Positions 25,661 through 39,600 of a stretch of 64,000 bases of DNA are shown in pieces. How positions within the stretch are numbered: the first letter of the stretch is position 1; every line of letters starts with the position of its first letter. The stretch spans positions 14,840,101 through 14,904,100 of the forward strand of contig NC_092677.1 of the NCBI RefSeq assembly GCF_964355755.1, written 5' to 3'. The stretch is from Antedon mediterranea. Lineage: Eukaryota; Animalia; Echinodermata. A program made the translations under genes and the position numbers. The notes beneath the pieces are model-generated. The model had not been told where the DNA came from and searched no databases. It saw nothing but the letters and a program-made list of their open reading frames with translations.

Positions 25661-27443
25661 AAATACTTCTCATTACGTACATTCGTTGATACTAAAATTA
25701 TCAAAAATCTATCTATAGTAAATCATGAGTTGATTCCAAATTATCAAGACTCATTAATTAATCATCAATAGTACATACCGCTAATGAATTTAAATTTTCT
25801 TCTAGCTAGTATCATTTTTCCTATTTCATGACGATACAATAGTTACAAGAAAAACATTATTTGCACCAAATACTTCCAAAATATAAATATAATATATATA
25901 AACATAATTTAGTTTTACGCTATTTTAAGAACATTTGAGTTTTTGTAAAAGGTCAATGACCTTTTGACCTCTAGTTACGTATAACTGTTATTAATTGTTT
26001 TTTTAATGTATATTATTAGTAGGATATATATACTCTACACATTGGTACTAAAGCTATTTAGATATGATTATAAAACAATGGATTATAGGCATAAACGCTA
26101 CCCCCTACCCCAAAATTGTTTACATTACATTTGATCAAGAATCAATTTCAATAAGAATAGTACATCATTACTTTTAAAATTCTTCTAGTTAACATCATGT
26201 TTGCTATTTTATATATCGATAGGTACAGATAAAACACAATGTTGATTAAATGCATATACAATTATGGCACAATATTACAGTTAATTATTTTGAGTTTTTG
26301 TAAAAGGTCAATAACATTTTGACCTCTAGTTATATAAATAAATGTTGTATTTTGTTTTTGTAAATTGCATATTAGAAAAAAATATATATTCTACACATTG
26401 ATATCAAGATTATTGAGATTGGATTATAAAACCACAAGTTATGGGCATAAATGTTACCCCCTACCCCAAAATATTTATGGAATAAAATCACTATATAGTT
26501 GTTGAGATTACGTAAAAAATAATGTGTTCCAATGCTTCAATTTTTGGTGACTTTTAATATGTCATTATAAACTACATTTTGAATGAAAAAATTAATGTTT
26601 CGTTACTATTGCAATTTGTGGTGGGTTTACCTCTAAATATCACTAGATTGACTGGACTAAATGGAATGGCAAGGACACAATGGATTTTTGTTTACATTTT
26701 AGATATTAGTTTTTGTGTGATTCTATAACTGTATGCATAGTCCAAAAACATATTGTAGTTTTTATATAGAAAACAATAATAGAGTTAAAGCAATTTTACG
26801 TAACTTTTACAACCTGAATTTAGCTTTAAGTTTCATATTAATATTTATTATTAATTTGATTATCTACTAAAGCAATATATAAAGCTTGCTTCTTTTCTGT
26901 TTTTTTCTAAAAACGTTCTATGCATTACAATTTAGTAATTGTACATTAATACTGATTTAATTCAATCTTTAGTCAAACGTTCATGATTTTTTCTTCTTAT
27001 TCTTATTCCAATATTTGCATTAACATGACCTGGTGCCTCTACTTTATGTTGCTATATATGACAAGTTTGGTTCCCTGAAAAAGAAAATATATTTCAAAGA
27101 TTTGAATTTACAGCATTCTCCTATAGGTAATTGTTCAAATTGTAAAATCTTATTCTATTATATAGTTAAAATACTAATTAATAACTTACATCAGGCTTGT
27201 CTACATTCGTCTTATCTGGTCGTCGTTTCTAAACAAAATTTAAAAAAGGGAAAATCCAAAGTTAAATATTTTAGTCCGTGTGCCGGAAATTCTATTACTA
27301 GTTTTACATTTTCATATATTAACTAGTAACTGTTTGTGTTTTATATAGAAATTTTGAACAGTAATGTAGCAGTACTTATTATTGTTATTATTATTATTAT
27401 TATTATTATTGTTCAAAATTGTATCGTATTTGTTTTTGTTTTC

Positions 27444-30400
27444 TCATCTTACATTTCCCAACAAAACCTGTTTCATGTTTTTGTAGATAACAAATCCAAT
27501 ACCCACTCCAACGGCACCAACCAACATGCCACGAATGCACACACCGATGACGATGACCGTACCTACGCTATTACCACTTTCTGCATTACGATAATTATCT
27601 GAAAGTTCTAAAGTTGGAAATGGATACGAATATAAAAGGCCTATATATATTGACACATTAAATAGAATTGTACTAAAATAAGGAAGCATACATTCAATCT
27701 GGAGTTATAATTTGATGTTTGTTTTTTTAGTTTTATTTTGGATTTACGTGATTCGTCCTCAGGACTTAACACATGCTTCCCACAAATAATGCTCTTGGAT
27801 CTATAAAAATAATCTACAACTATCACCTTAAAAACATGTCAATTTGTATCATCAGGTCCATCAAATTATTTAAAACAATATCTTATGGCAATGCATAATG
27901 ACAATTGTCTTAACCTAAAAAGAGTTTATTTAATACTTTACCGTTAATGCTAACAGAAGAACTGACTGGTCCTGCACCAGTTTCTGTGGAAGCCATCACT
28001 TGAACATGATACTCGACTCCTGGTTGCAGACCAGTTATTAAGACAGAGATTTTTTCACCACCAACTGTTATGTTTCTATTATACTTGGGATTTTCGGCAA
28101 TGCACATCACAAGATATTCGGTTATTAATCCAGGAACCTCCCAGGATTGGATCTGTTGCCAGCCTACTAAAATCGTAGTGGCGTTCTGATGCATAGCGTA
28201 CACATCTTGTGGAGCAATTGCTGGAACTAAATACAGAGACCAACGAAATATTGTAAAGCTTACTTAATTTACAAATTTTAGCATGTAGTGTTGGAGAGGA
28301 TCTGCTTGATGTTGAGGTACAGTTTGAGTACAGGTAAGAGTAACACTCAATACAATTTTAGTATAAATAAGAGTAAACTCAACACAATTTGAGTAAAAGT
28401 AAGAGTAAAACTCCTCACAATTTGAATAGAGGTGAGATACAACTGAACATAACACAGTTTTAATTACTTTCATTACAAATTATCAATTGTAGTTTCTTAA
28501 TTTGTATATAAAAATTTTACCTCCAGCTTTAGTTTTAACTTGTTCTTCGTTGCTTGCCTCACCCAGCGTGTTACCATGAAATGGTATCAGAGAAATTGAG
28601 TATTCTGTGTAAGGTTTCAAATTTTTAAGTGTGATGTTTTCCTGTAATCTGGTTGCTGTTTCTATCATGTATTTTTCCTCTTCATCAGTGGAATAATAAC
28701 GAATATGAGCACCATCGACGTAATGAAGGTTTTTGCCAATCTGTGTGAATAGAAATAACAATAGATAATTTAAAATTACAATTTTATTTCAGATAATTTC
28801 TGCAGACTTTTTTTCTTGGCAATTGTACTTTTTTCTCGCTCTCTCTTTTGTAGGAGCAATTGTACTTAACATTGTTTTAAATATGTCGGTGTTGATACAT
28901 ATTGTCACTCCTGTACAGCTTCCATTGTCATAGTAAAGCAAATAAAAATAATAAACTGCAACGCTGCTAAATTGAATATTATTGATTAACCACATGCAGT
29001 TATATAAAAACTATATTAGTAACTAAAATTGACTTCATTGTGGGATTATGAGATTTCATTGTAATGAACAGCTCAACGCAAATCTTGTTGATTTCTGTTG
29101 AATAATTTCAATAACACCGACCTTCCATTCAACTTGGACAGTGGTGGGGCTCGCTGGTGTCAAACTTTTAATCTGTATGTTACAATCGTCAAGCAGGTCT
29201 TTTATGTTGCTACTTGGTATTTGTTCAGTTTCTAGATCTTGACCTGAAACAGAAAAAAATGGTTAAACATTGCCAAAAATATCCATACACCATGTAACAA
29301 CGATTTTTAAAGGCTCAGATTATAAAGAGTTAATACCATCTTAAGTGGCATTTATAGAATTGAAAAAGTTCCATAGCACTGAAGTCAATCGGAATAAAAA
29401 GACATGATTTTCCTTCCAAATATATAGGCTTGGTACTTTATTGTTAACAGAATAAAGAATATAAATTATTTGATAATTTAGTTTGATTCTCAATCACAAT
29501 ACCTTAAGAATAATATTTCTGTTTAAAATGTTTTAACACAAGCTTACCTTGCTCCAATGTACTATTGGTAACTTCATCACTTTCTAACCCATGAACTGAG
29601 TTGTATACAGGCTGTAAAGTAATAGTGTATGATGTTCCTGGTTCAAGTCCTGTCACAAGCTTGATAGATTTCTCAGCAGTTACTTGCATTACGTCACCTT
29701 CGCCGTTGGATTTTTTGTATTTGACATTGTACGTACAGCTAGGCTGAGGACAGTTGGACTGTTAAAAACATGACAAAACAATTTAATAATAATCTTATAT
29801 TTTTGCATTTAAAAAAGTATTTTATTCTATTTATTTTCACCCTTATAATAATTTATTTTCATATCTTAGAAATAATGTACTAACCTCCCACTCCACTTGT
29901 AAAGCTGTTGGACTAAGAACCTTTACACTAGTAATAATGACACGTCGATTAGAATGATCAAATCCATGAATTGGATTGGTTTCTGTAAAAAAAATTAAAA
30001 TAAAATTTAATTTCTTTTTCAAAAGATATAATGACAATTGGTCTTGATTTCAATCAACTGCAATTCCCTAATCATTGACAAATCTATTATTTTCTCCTCT
30101 CACCTCCAGTTGTGAATGAATTTGAAACCAAGCTTGGTTGTCCAACTCCGACAGAGTTAATGGCACGAACGTAGAATACATACGTGGTTGTTGAACGGAG
30201 GTTCTGTAGTATGTAAGTGGTTCCTCGGATGTTATTGACTAAAATCTCCCAAGCTGTAAAACAAAATGAGAAACATACTTTTTAATACTGTATAACCCAA
30301 CCATTCAATTTTTTATTGTTTTAAACAAATGTTGCCCTATTATTACAACATTAATACAGCAATATCGTAGTATATTATGTTATAGGGGCTGGACACGATA

Positions 30401-33400
30401 AGTATTTTACTTTTTTTTAGATCTTTCTATGTTCATGTCATTTACCATTATTGTTATAAATTTAGAAGAAAAAGAAGAAAAGAAAATAAATTTAAATTTA
30501 ATTAATTGTAATATGTGGAGTGGATATTTTCGACTTACTTGCATTAATTTCATGATTGTAGGCTTCTATTCTGTATGAAAGAGTTGACCTTGATGTTGAC
30601 TCAGGAGGAGACCACGACAAGATAACATTACCATTTGTAGTATTCTGTGCTGTAGGGATTCCTGGGATCCCAGGAAACTCACTATCTGCTGGCCTACGGC
30701 GCTGGGTACCATCACGACCTACAATGGAAAAAGTAACTGATCATACAAAGTAACAACATCCGTACAACAACTGTTCAAAGGTTTAGTAGTGAAATGTTTT
30801 TTTTTTTTTTTTTTTTTTTTTTCTTTATTCTGATATAAAAATCAAATAGGATAAATACACAAAAAAGTACCGAGACGGCAAACTTATTTCCATTGTGGTC
30901 CTAAACAAATATAACAGAATAAACAAGGAAAACCACAATTACTTAAACATAATACACAAACAAATAGCAAATTAAATTTCTCTTAATCTAAGAATTTCAC
31001 AAAAATAACCTTTTGATCTCTGTTTAAATAATTGTAATGAAGAGGAGCTTTGAACAAAATAGGGGAGTGAATTCCATAACTGAATGCTTGTTATTAAGAA
31101 AGTTGACCTGTTGTGAGTTCCTATGACTGGAATTTGGATCGAAATGCGGTCTCTAGCAAATCTTGTATTGTGATTGTGACGTTGTCTCGTCAGGGTAATT
31201 GTATCCAGGTAAGATGGAGCACTTTTATTAATTATTTTATACATAATACATAGTTTCCTCTCTTGTACTCTTAGGTCAACTGGCAACCAATTTAAGTTTA
31301 CAAACTCATGTATACCTATATGAGATCGTGGTCCTAGGTTCGAAATGCACCTAATAATTTTGTTTTGAGACGTCTGTAGCCTATTTTTAATATATTTATT
31401 TGTACACTAGTACCATACACAGCACCCATAGTCATAATGACATTGTGTCAGAGAAGATGCAATTAATTTAAGAGCATATTTAGTAATATATTTTTTATTT
31501 CTATTAAGAAATTTAAGTATACAATGAATTTTATTGATTACTTTCATACCTGTAGCTGTACCAGTAAGGTTCTGGTCAAGATCAATTCCAAGGTATGTGA
31601 TTGAAGATTTAGCAGTTATGTTTTTATTATTACAGGTAATTTTCATTTCTGACTGTTTTCTACACATGGTTTTTGTACCAAATAAAATTGACTCCGTCTT
31701 ACCAAAATGAAGGGATAATCTATTGTCAGAAAGCCACAGATTCAACGCTTGCAATTCATTACTTAGTCTGTTTTCAATATACTCTCGGTCTTTATTTGTG
31801 ACCAAAAGGGCTGCATCGTCTGCATATAGCAACAACTCACAACCAACGGCCGATTCCATGTCGTTGACATATAGCAAAAATAGTAAGGGACCCAGAATAG
31901 ATCCCTGGGGTACTCCACATTTGACGTCAAGAAATGTTGATTTAGTACCTTTTATGTCAACAACCTGGGATCTACCGTGGAGGTATGATTGCATCCATGA
32001 CAGAGATAGACTAGTAAAAAACCCATGGCCTTTAATTTATACAATAATATGTCGTGGTCTACTGTGTCGAACGCCTTTTGAAGGTCAATTATTATCATAC
32101 CAGTCATTTTCCCTTTATCCCATCCATTTCTAACAGAATCCGATAGATGTATTAGACATGTTTCTGTAGAAAATGAAGGTCTAAAACCTGATTGATAGGT
32201 ATAAAGAAGTGATTGGTCGTTTAAGTAACTCATTAATTGATTATACATAATACGTTCTACAATTTTAGACACTGCAGATAGAATAGAAACGGGTCTATAG
32301 TTTCCAGCATATAATCGATCTTTCTTTTTGTAAATAGGCACTACCTTAGCAGATTTCCAATCAGAAGGGATATAACCGGTTGAAATGGATATATTTATAA
32401 TATGGCTCAGTGGATGTAAGATAGCCAGAGCCCCATCTTTGAAAAATCTGGCAGGTAAGGAATCTAAACCCGCACCTTTCTTACTATTTAAGTTGTTTAT
32501 TATCGTTAGTACGGTTTGTTCATTTACTTCTTTAAAGGCAAATACACCTTTTTTATCTGCATAGTAATGTTTAACGTGGTTTTCATTGTAAGTATTAGAT
32601 GAAGGAGGGAGTTTGTTGACTAAATTTTCAGGAGTATTAATGAAAAAGGAATTTAAATAGTCAGCAATCGAGCTTTTGTCATAAATTATTTTATCTTCAC
32701 ATTTTAGAGCAATGTTTTCAGATTTATTTTCTGTTCCGGTACCTAAACTTGTTAAAACATTCCATAATTTGTTGGGGTTATTTTTATTTTCATTTAGTTT
32801 GTCCGAAAAATAAGATGACTTAGCTCTTTTTATTTTATATTTTACAGAATTTCTTAAATTTTTAAAGACAGTAAATATGTGCTCATTACGAGTTCTCTTA
32901 AATTTAGCTAAGCATTTATCACGTTTAATGATCAGATCTCTACTTGGTTGATGGCATTCATCATTTTTAGTTTGAACCAGTCCCATGCAGTGCAGACATT
33001 TGTGCAATTTGTGATATCGGACCAATCTAATTCATTTAATTTAGAAGTAAGTAGTTCTGATGAGTATGATTTCATAGATCGTATTTTAATCGTCTTATGC
33101 CTCTTAATCGGGATTTTAACTATCTTTCTGGTGCAGTAAGTTATAAAATGATCACTGACACCGTAAGGGATAACTCCGTATTGGAAAATGTTAAGAGGTT
33201 CGGATGAGAAAATAAGATCTATGATGGTAGAGGTAGTGCAAGTAATACGTGTTGGGTCCTTAATAAGTTGGGTGAGATTAAACATATTACAAAATTGGGA
33301 CACCCATTTATTTTTACTTAAATTATTAGATGATACATCTACATTAAAGTCACCTAAAATAATAACTTCTTGACCTTGTAAAATATCTCCACAGATTGTC

Positions 33401-33644
33401 TCAAGTAAGGTAAAAAACGATCGCTGCTTTTCAGGTCGGTAACAGGTTCCGATTAGAATAGGTTTGGTTTTAGGTAATAGTATATTTATCCATAAAGATT
33501 CAATATCATCGTTTTGGAGATCATCTCTCACGTTGTAGGTAAGATCATTTCGTATATAGAGGCATACGCCTCCTCCAACACTATTCGTACATCTATCTTT
33601 TCTTTCAATTGAATAATTTTCGATACTTATTTCACTGTTATTTA

Positions 33645-33681
<37 letters not shown>

Positions 33682-36600
33682 AATAGACCGAATTTCATCG
33701 ATTTTTGGAAGAAGGCTTCTGGTGTTCAGGTGTAAGCAATGGAGACCTTTGCATCTGAAGATTTCAGATAACAATGTATCGGGGTCATCACACGAATCGT
33801 TTGTAAGAGTTGATGTATCGATATCGCGGTGGTCATTTGAAGTATCGTTAACATCAGCGTTGCTAAACGGCATGTTACTGTAGTGTCTGTACTTAGAAGT
33901 GTCTAATGGAAGTCTAAAGTCTTTTTTCAAGGCTCATACGATGGTAGAATTCTGATTTCTCAATGTGGAATGTTTGATCAGGATTTAGGACATTTAAAAG
34001 AAAGAAATATTCGATTTACTTACCAGTTACAGAGAGCTCTGCAGAGCATCTAGTCTCTCCACGTTCACTGGTGGCTACACAGGTATAGCGGCCTGCATCA
34101 CCATATTGTAAGTCAGTTATTTGCAAAGACCCTGGAAGGGCATTTATCCTAAAAATGTTGAAGGTGTCATAATATTATTATAATTAAATATGAAAATTTT
34201 GATAACAATGAGATTTATTAAATGAAATGCAAGAATACTGTATAATGCACGGATTAAATAATGATATTATTATATAAAATAAAAATGATGTGATTATAGA
34301 AATACCTGATCACTTTTGAGATTGGTTCTCCATCTTTTAACCATCTAACTTCTGGCTGTGGAGTGCCTTCCATTTCACATCTGAGCCAAGCGATTGTATC
34401 GACAAACAATGTTTGATTATATGGACAAACTTTGATGATAGGTGGAAGTTCAACTGAGTCTTAAAAATAAGAGAAAAATATAAATAAAATCAAATGTTTT
34501 TATGCACGGCCTTACTATCACAGTAAATCAAGCAAAGGCGCACCATTGTACATTAAAACAAATATTGTATTGCTATTATTTCTATGATGTGAGCATGGCG
34601 GACCAAGCTGCGCCTCGGGACCACTCAAGATATAATTTTGCAAAGTCAACGACCTTACATAATAATGTTTAATCATGCTATGGCGTACTAAGTTTAAAAC
34701 AACGTGTCTTAAGAGTTTATTAGGATGCGAAAGTTAAAAATCCTCAGAAATAAGCGAGATTATCATCGTGTTATGAATGTGGAAAATGACAAGTTTTGGT
34801 TTTAAGGGGATTTCCTTAATCATTGACAAACCTACTTATCTATAGATACTCACACTACTGATCAATAGAACTGGTATTGTAAATTGCCAGCCCTTTTAAT
34901 CCAAGTTTTGACCTTGTGGCAATGACTTAAAGGGAAGGTGCACAACAATGGTAGCTTATATCATTCAAGACAACTTGTTCAATAATCTCAGTGATTTTGT
35001 CCACTTGTTTAAAATAAATTACAGAACTTTTGAGTAACAAATGAACATTATGAGATGACACTGAAACTCATTTAAATTCATTTTATGAGTAGCTGTTATT
35101 CTTTAATTTATATTTGATCTTATGACACAATCAATGCCTATTGATTGTCACACAATTCCAATCATGCCCTGTAATCCATTTCAGGGAACTCACAGTCATA
35201 CAAACATCAATAGACGGACAATAAGTATGAGTAAACATTCTATTCATATACAGTATCATTAAAAAAAATATTAATTTTGACCAACCTTGATATATTAATT
35301 TTAAATGATTTATACACAATGTCATGCATGGATGGAGAACATATTGATATAGATTATTAGTAGTAGTGTACTTATTTGAAGTAATATGAACAGACTGATC
35401 GTAATAAAAAGTAAACATTTCATCTCAAATGTGATGATGTATTGTTAAATATGGTATTTTTTAATGTTGAGGTTGAAAGCCCCTACTGTAAAGAAATTAA
35501 GCGTACAGTGGTCAATTATTCATGAACATCCCAATCTACATTAATTCACATACAGTAATTATTAAGGAACCCAGCAAAGTGTCTCCTTAATAGGAGTTAA
35601 CCAAAATTGGTTTTAAAATATATATTGCTCCTATTTTGTTTCAAAGTGTGCCTTGAATAGGGTTGTCGCAAATGAGGAGTTCTACTCTAACTCTATGCCA
35701 TAATATTAATTATTATATTATATATATACACATACAATAAACCATGAATCAAAGATCTAGTGTTGTGATGTAATAAAATATGGATTTTGCATTTGAGCAA
35801 GTAGGTTCCGAACGCCTGTGGTTCCTCGTAAAACTATCAACCCAATGGCAGTTCATTAGTAACGTGCTCCGTTACGAGAATTTGATTGAAACGCCCTTAA
35901 TGTTCACAGATCTAATGCTCCACTTTTCCACTTTCGTGAACTAATAGTTCAGGTATTGATTTCTACATTACTGTTGCTTTTGAAATTAAAGGAATAGAAA
36001 AGGTTATTTTAGAAGTTCTACCATGAATTTGTTTGAACTACATCAGCTAAAAGAGGAATATCTGAATTGAAATTTAGATATTTGAAGAGGGTGCGAAAAA
36101 CTTATATTGGAAAAAATAAATGTTTAACTTCTTCTGGATAGGTGTGTTAATATATCTGCGATTTAATGGATGCATGCCACTTTGATAGCAGTATTGACAC
36201 GAACAAAATGATTTGTGGTTTTGCATGTTCAATAAATATGACATAATGTAAAAATTATCAAGCGAAATCAATGAATAAAGAATGATAAGATATAAATGAA
36301 GCATACATCATTTCAGTAAAAACTTCTCAACAGAAATAGCATAAATGTAATGTAGTTCTTTTAAAATACCAATTTGTATTATTTCTATCAATAGTATACT
36401 ATTAGTTATTATTTATTCCACAAAACTAATATCATAATGAAACTGTTTTATCGTAAATGTTCACACTGTATTACATACGATCTTCTTTATATCTATCTAT
36501 ACTGTTCATGCCTTGTGGCCTCCTAAAGGTTTCAGTAAACTTGTCCAAAAGTTTGATGTTTATAGTGGATAATCTATTAGCAGCAACATTAATTGTCAAA

Positions 36601-39600
36601 GTGTCGTTATATTAACCCTATTAACAAATTATAGTAAACTATCTACTGAAAATAAAATTTAAAATAGCTTACCAACTACTCGTAGATTTGCCTGTGCTGA
36701 AATGGCTTGTCTACCATCCACAGTGCAAAGATATAGTCCTTCGTCGCCTTTTGTCACATCTCGGATTTGGAGACTACCATCCTCCAACACGCTCCGTCTT
36801 CCATTTTCAACACCAGGATAAAGTGGCTAGTATAATATAAAAATCATGAAAATGAGTAAGGTCAGATTTTAAAGCTCTTTGTGGGGAAACACAGAGATCT
36901 GACCGATAATACTGATATCTGTTTATTTCTTTTGATACTTACAGCTTGGTTTGCTTTGCGCCAGTAAATTGAAGGCTGTGTGGCACCTGGAATAGGATCT
37001 AATTGGCAGCAAAATGTGACTGTGTCTCCGATATGTGCCATCTTGCTGACTGGTGAACAACTAAAGATTGATCCTTGTTCTGGAAGACCTGAAAGAAAAT
37101 CAAACACAAAATGAAGTTTAATCAAAGGAATAGGAGAGGATAGAGGTAGCTACTAAACATTGTTTAACTATTTTCAATTGTAATGAATAAGAAGAATAAG
37201 AATACCATTGATTTTTTATTTGTCATCTGAAATTGATACATTATGCATACTGAAGCCTATTCTTCAACAATATACACTATACATACATTTTGTCATCTTA
37301 GTAGCCACAATGAAAATGTAAGTCTACTTTTTTGAGATTCTTGATAATCACCTTAGAGAACCATCAAAGTTAAACTTTCTTTAACTATTTTATTAAAACA
37401 ATTTCAATTTGAAAATACATACTAAGCACTGACAGAACACCTGGGTCACTTTTTCTCCTATTCGCAAAGTTTTCAGCGATACATCTATAGCTTCCAGCAT
37501 CTTCTTCACGTACCTTTAATAAAGACATACATTTATTATTCTAAACTTTATATACACTTCATGAAGAAAGGGAAAATGAGGTATGTTGAATATATAGATG
37601 AGTGTCAGCCAAGAAAAACAAACAAATGAATCAGAGGCATAGTCTACAAACAGGAAGAGTTGAATATTGTAAAGGCTTCTTTAGATGGCAGCTAGGTAAG
37701 AAATATGCTTAGAAAGAAGTTGTTTGATAGAAAACAGAAGAAAAGGCTAATCATTTTAATATGTTCTTTACATGTCTGATCATAAGATTGCCATCCTGAA
37801 CTATCTCTACTCTTTCATCACTAACAATGGAGTCTCCGTTTTTCTCCCACTTGATATCTGGTACAGGAAACGCCCGTGGTGGTGTACATTCCAGAACATA
37901 GGTTCCACCAGCAATCGCTTCTACATCCTGTGGATTCTTCTTGAACTCATTTTTTAAATCTGTAGGAAAGATAAAATATAGAAATAACTAAAGAGCGAAT
38001 GAGTTCTGAATTTTATTTATTTCTAGCCCTGCTATCCAATTGTTTTTCAACAACGTAATAATATAAAATGCCTTTATATCATAAAGAAATAGCTTGCGGG
38101 TTCGAACATGAGTTGTAGTGAAACCGGAATAAGTATCACTTTCTTGTGTTACTAAAATAAACTCACATGCTACTTCTAATGTGGCATTGTTACTTCTTGC
38201 AGACCCAAGGTAGTTTGTGGCCTCACAGTAATACACCCCTGTATTCTGGTTATTTGTCACCTTCAGAAAAAATAGATCACCTTCATCTACATTGGTACCT
38301 TGATAAGGCTCCCCATCCTTGTACCACTGTGAAGAGAAGAGAAATAAAAATACATGATTATTTTATTCGGCATAAACAAATGCTTTTACAAAACATAATT
38401 ATTGTACGGTTCCGTGAATAACAAACACAAAACATTCCGTTTGGACTTTATGAATACAATTGTAACAGTATTTTATTGTGTATTATTATTCTGTATCTTT
38501 TATTTTTTGAGTTCTATTGTTACAAGATAGTAAAAAGAGTCAAATACAATGCTTAAAGAATGTTTAAAGATGTATTGTCCCCCAAAAACATGAAAAAATA
38601 GATTAATTAAATTTAAAAGACTAGTCCAGATAGTCATATTTCCACTCTAATAAGATGCGAAGCGAAAAAACATGTGTTTTAGGGTAATTTTGGGGTGCTG
38701 AATTTAAATCTGCTGTTTACCCGGCTCAATTTTTAGGTCTTCACCCTTAAAATGTAAAAAACAAAATGGCCGCCATTTCAGACTTATTGGCTGGCAGCCA
38801 ATTTGAATATTTCTTGCTTCAAATTGCAGTTTTTCAGGTAGAACAAAATTAGTTTCCGATCCTATTTTTTTTATCAAAATAGGTCACTATTATGTGACAA
38901 TAAAAGACATATTTAAAAAAACGTTTGTAAGAATTCAGGGAGACAATACATAATTAACGTATAGTGTTACATAGAAATAAATAAACAATGACATATTGTC
39001 AGGCTTTCAGTTTCAGTTTCTGTCCCCTTTGCACGGGGAATTTATTATTCACATATATAGGCCCAGAATAACGTACATAATTTATTAGTACATCATTATT
39101 TGTAATATAACCTAGTGATGTCTTCTTCATCCAAAAGCAAAATATACATATTTATGTAATATGTTTGATAATGAAACGTAATTTAATAATAGACGGGTAT
39201 GTAAAATTCAATAAAAATTTGATGAAATGAATTGTTTTAACTAATAATAATAATGACCAAATTAAAAGAGTAGGCCTAATACAATTCACCGTTACTCAAT
39301 CAGAGTTAGTAGGCCTATTACATATTAGGCCTAATTCGTAAAAAGTTGACGCCTTAAAAGTGGTTGCATGGAATGAGATTACTTACACGTATAGTGGCTA
39401 CTGGTCGAGCATCAGCCCTACACCTGAATGATGCTGGGTTGTTCCTCACCACAACCAATGCGGATGGATGCTCCGTAATTTTAGGTGGAAAATTGTCTTT
39501 CTTACCAACAACTGAAAAAATAAAAGAAAGCAGACTTAATAAAAACTCGTATCCACAGCTAACAACAGGCTTAATTGATAGCGGATTAGCAAAACATTAT

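Larger units (their letters stand above)
18181..26659 (+). mobile_element. Degenerate AcademX DNA transposon with nested LINE insertions
   Basis: Imperfect TIRs of ~115 bp starting TAGTCCAGTCAATCTA, 3-bp TSD AAT, and an empty paralogous site at ~43110. Decayed motifs WAGLSTDL..IE...MRSLK (18810-18890), ADADVL/DDTDLLVLL, ICDNLLFAHAILG.DTTSRVF.IGK, WGWK and CGEC (24020-24720). Two ~355-bp subterminal direct repeats at 25760-26480. Confidence 0.85.
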
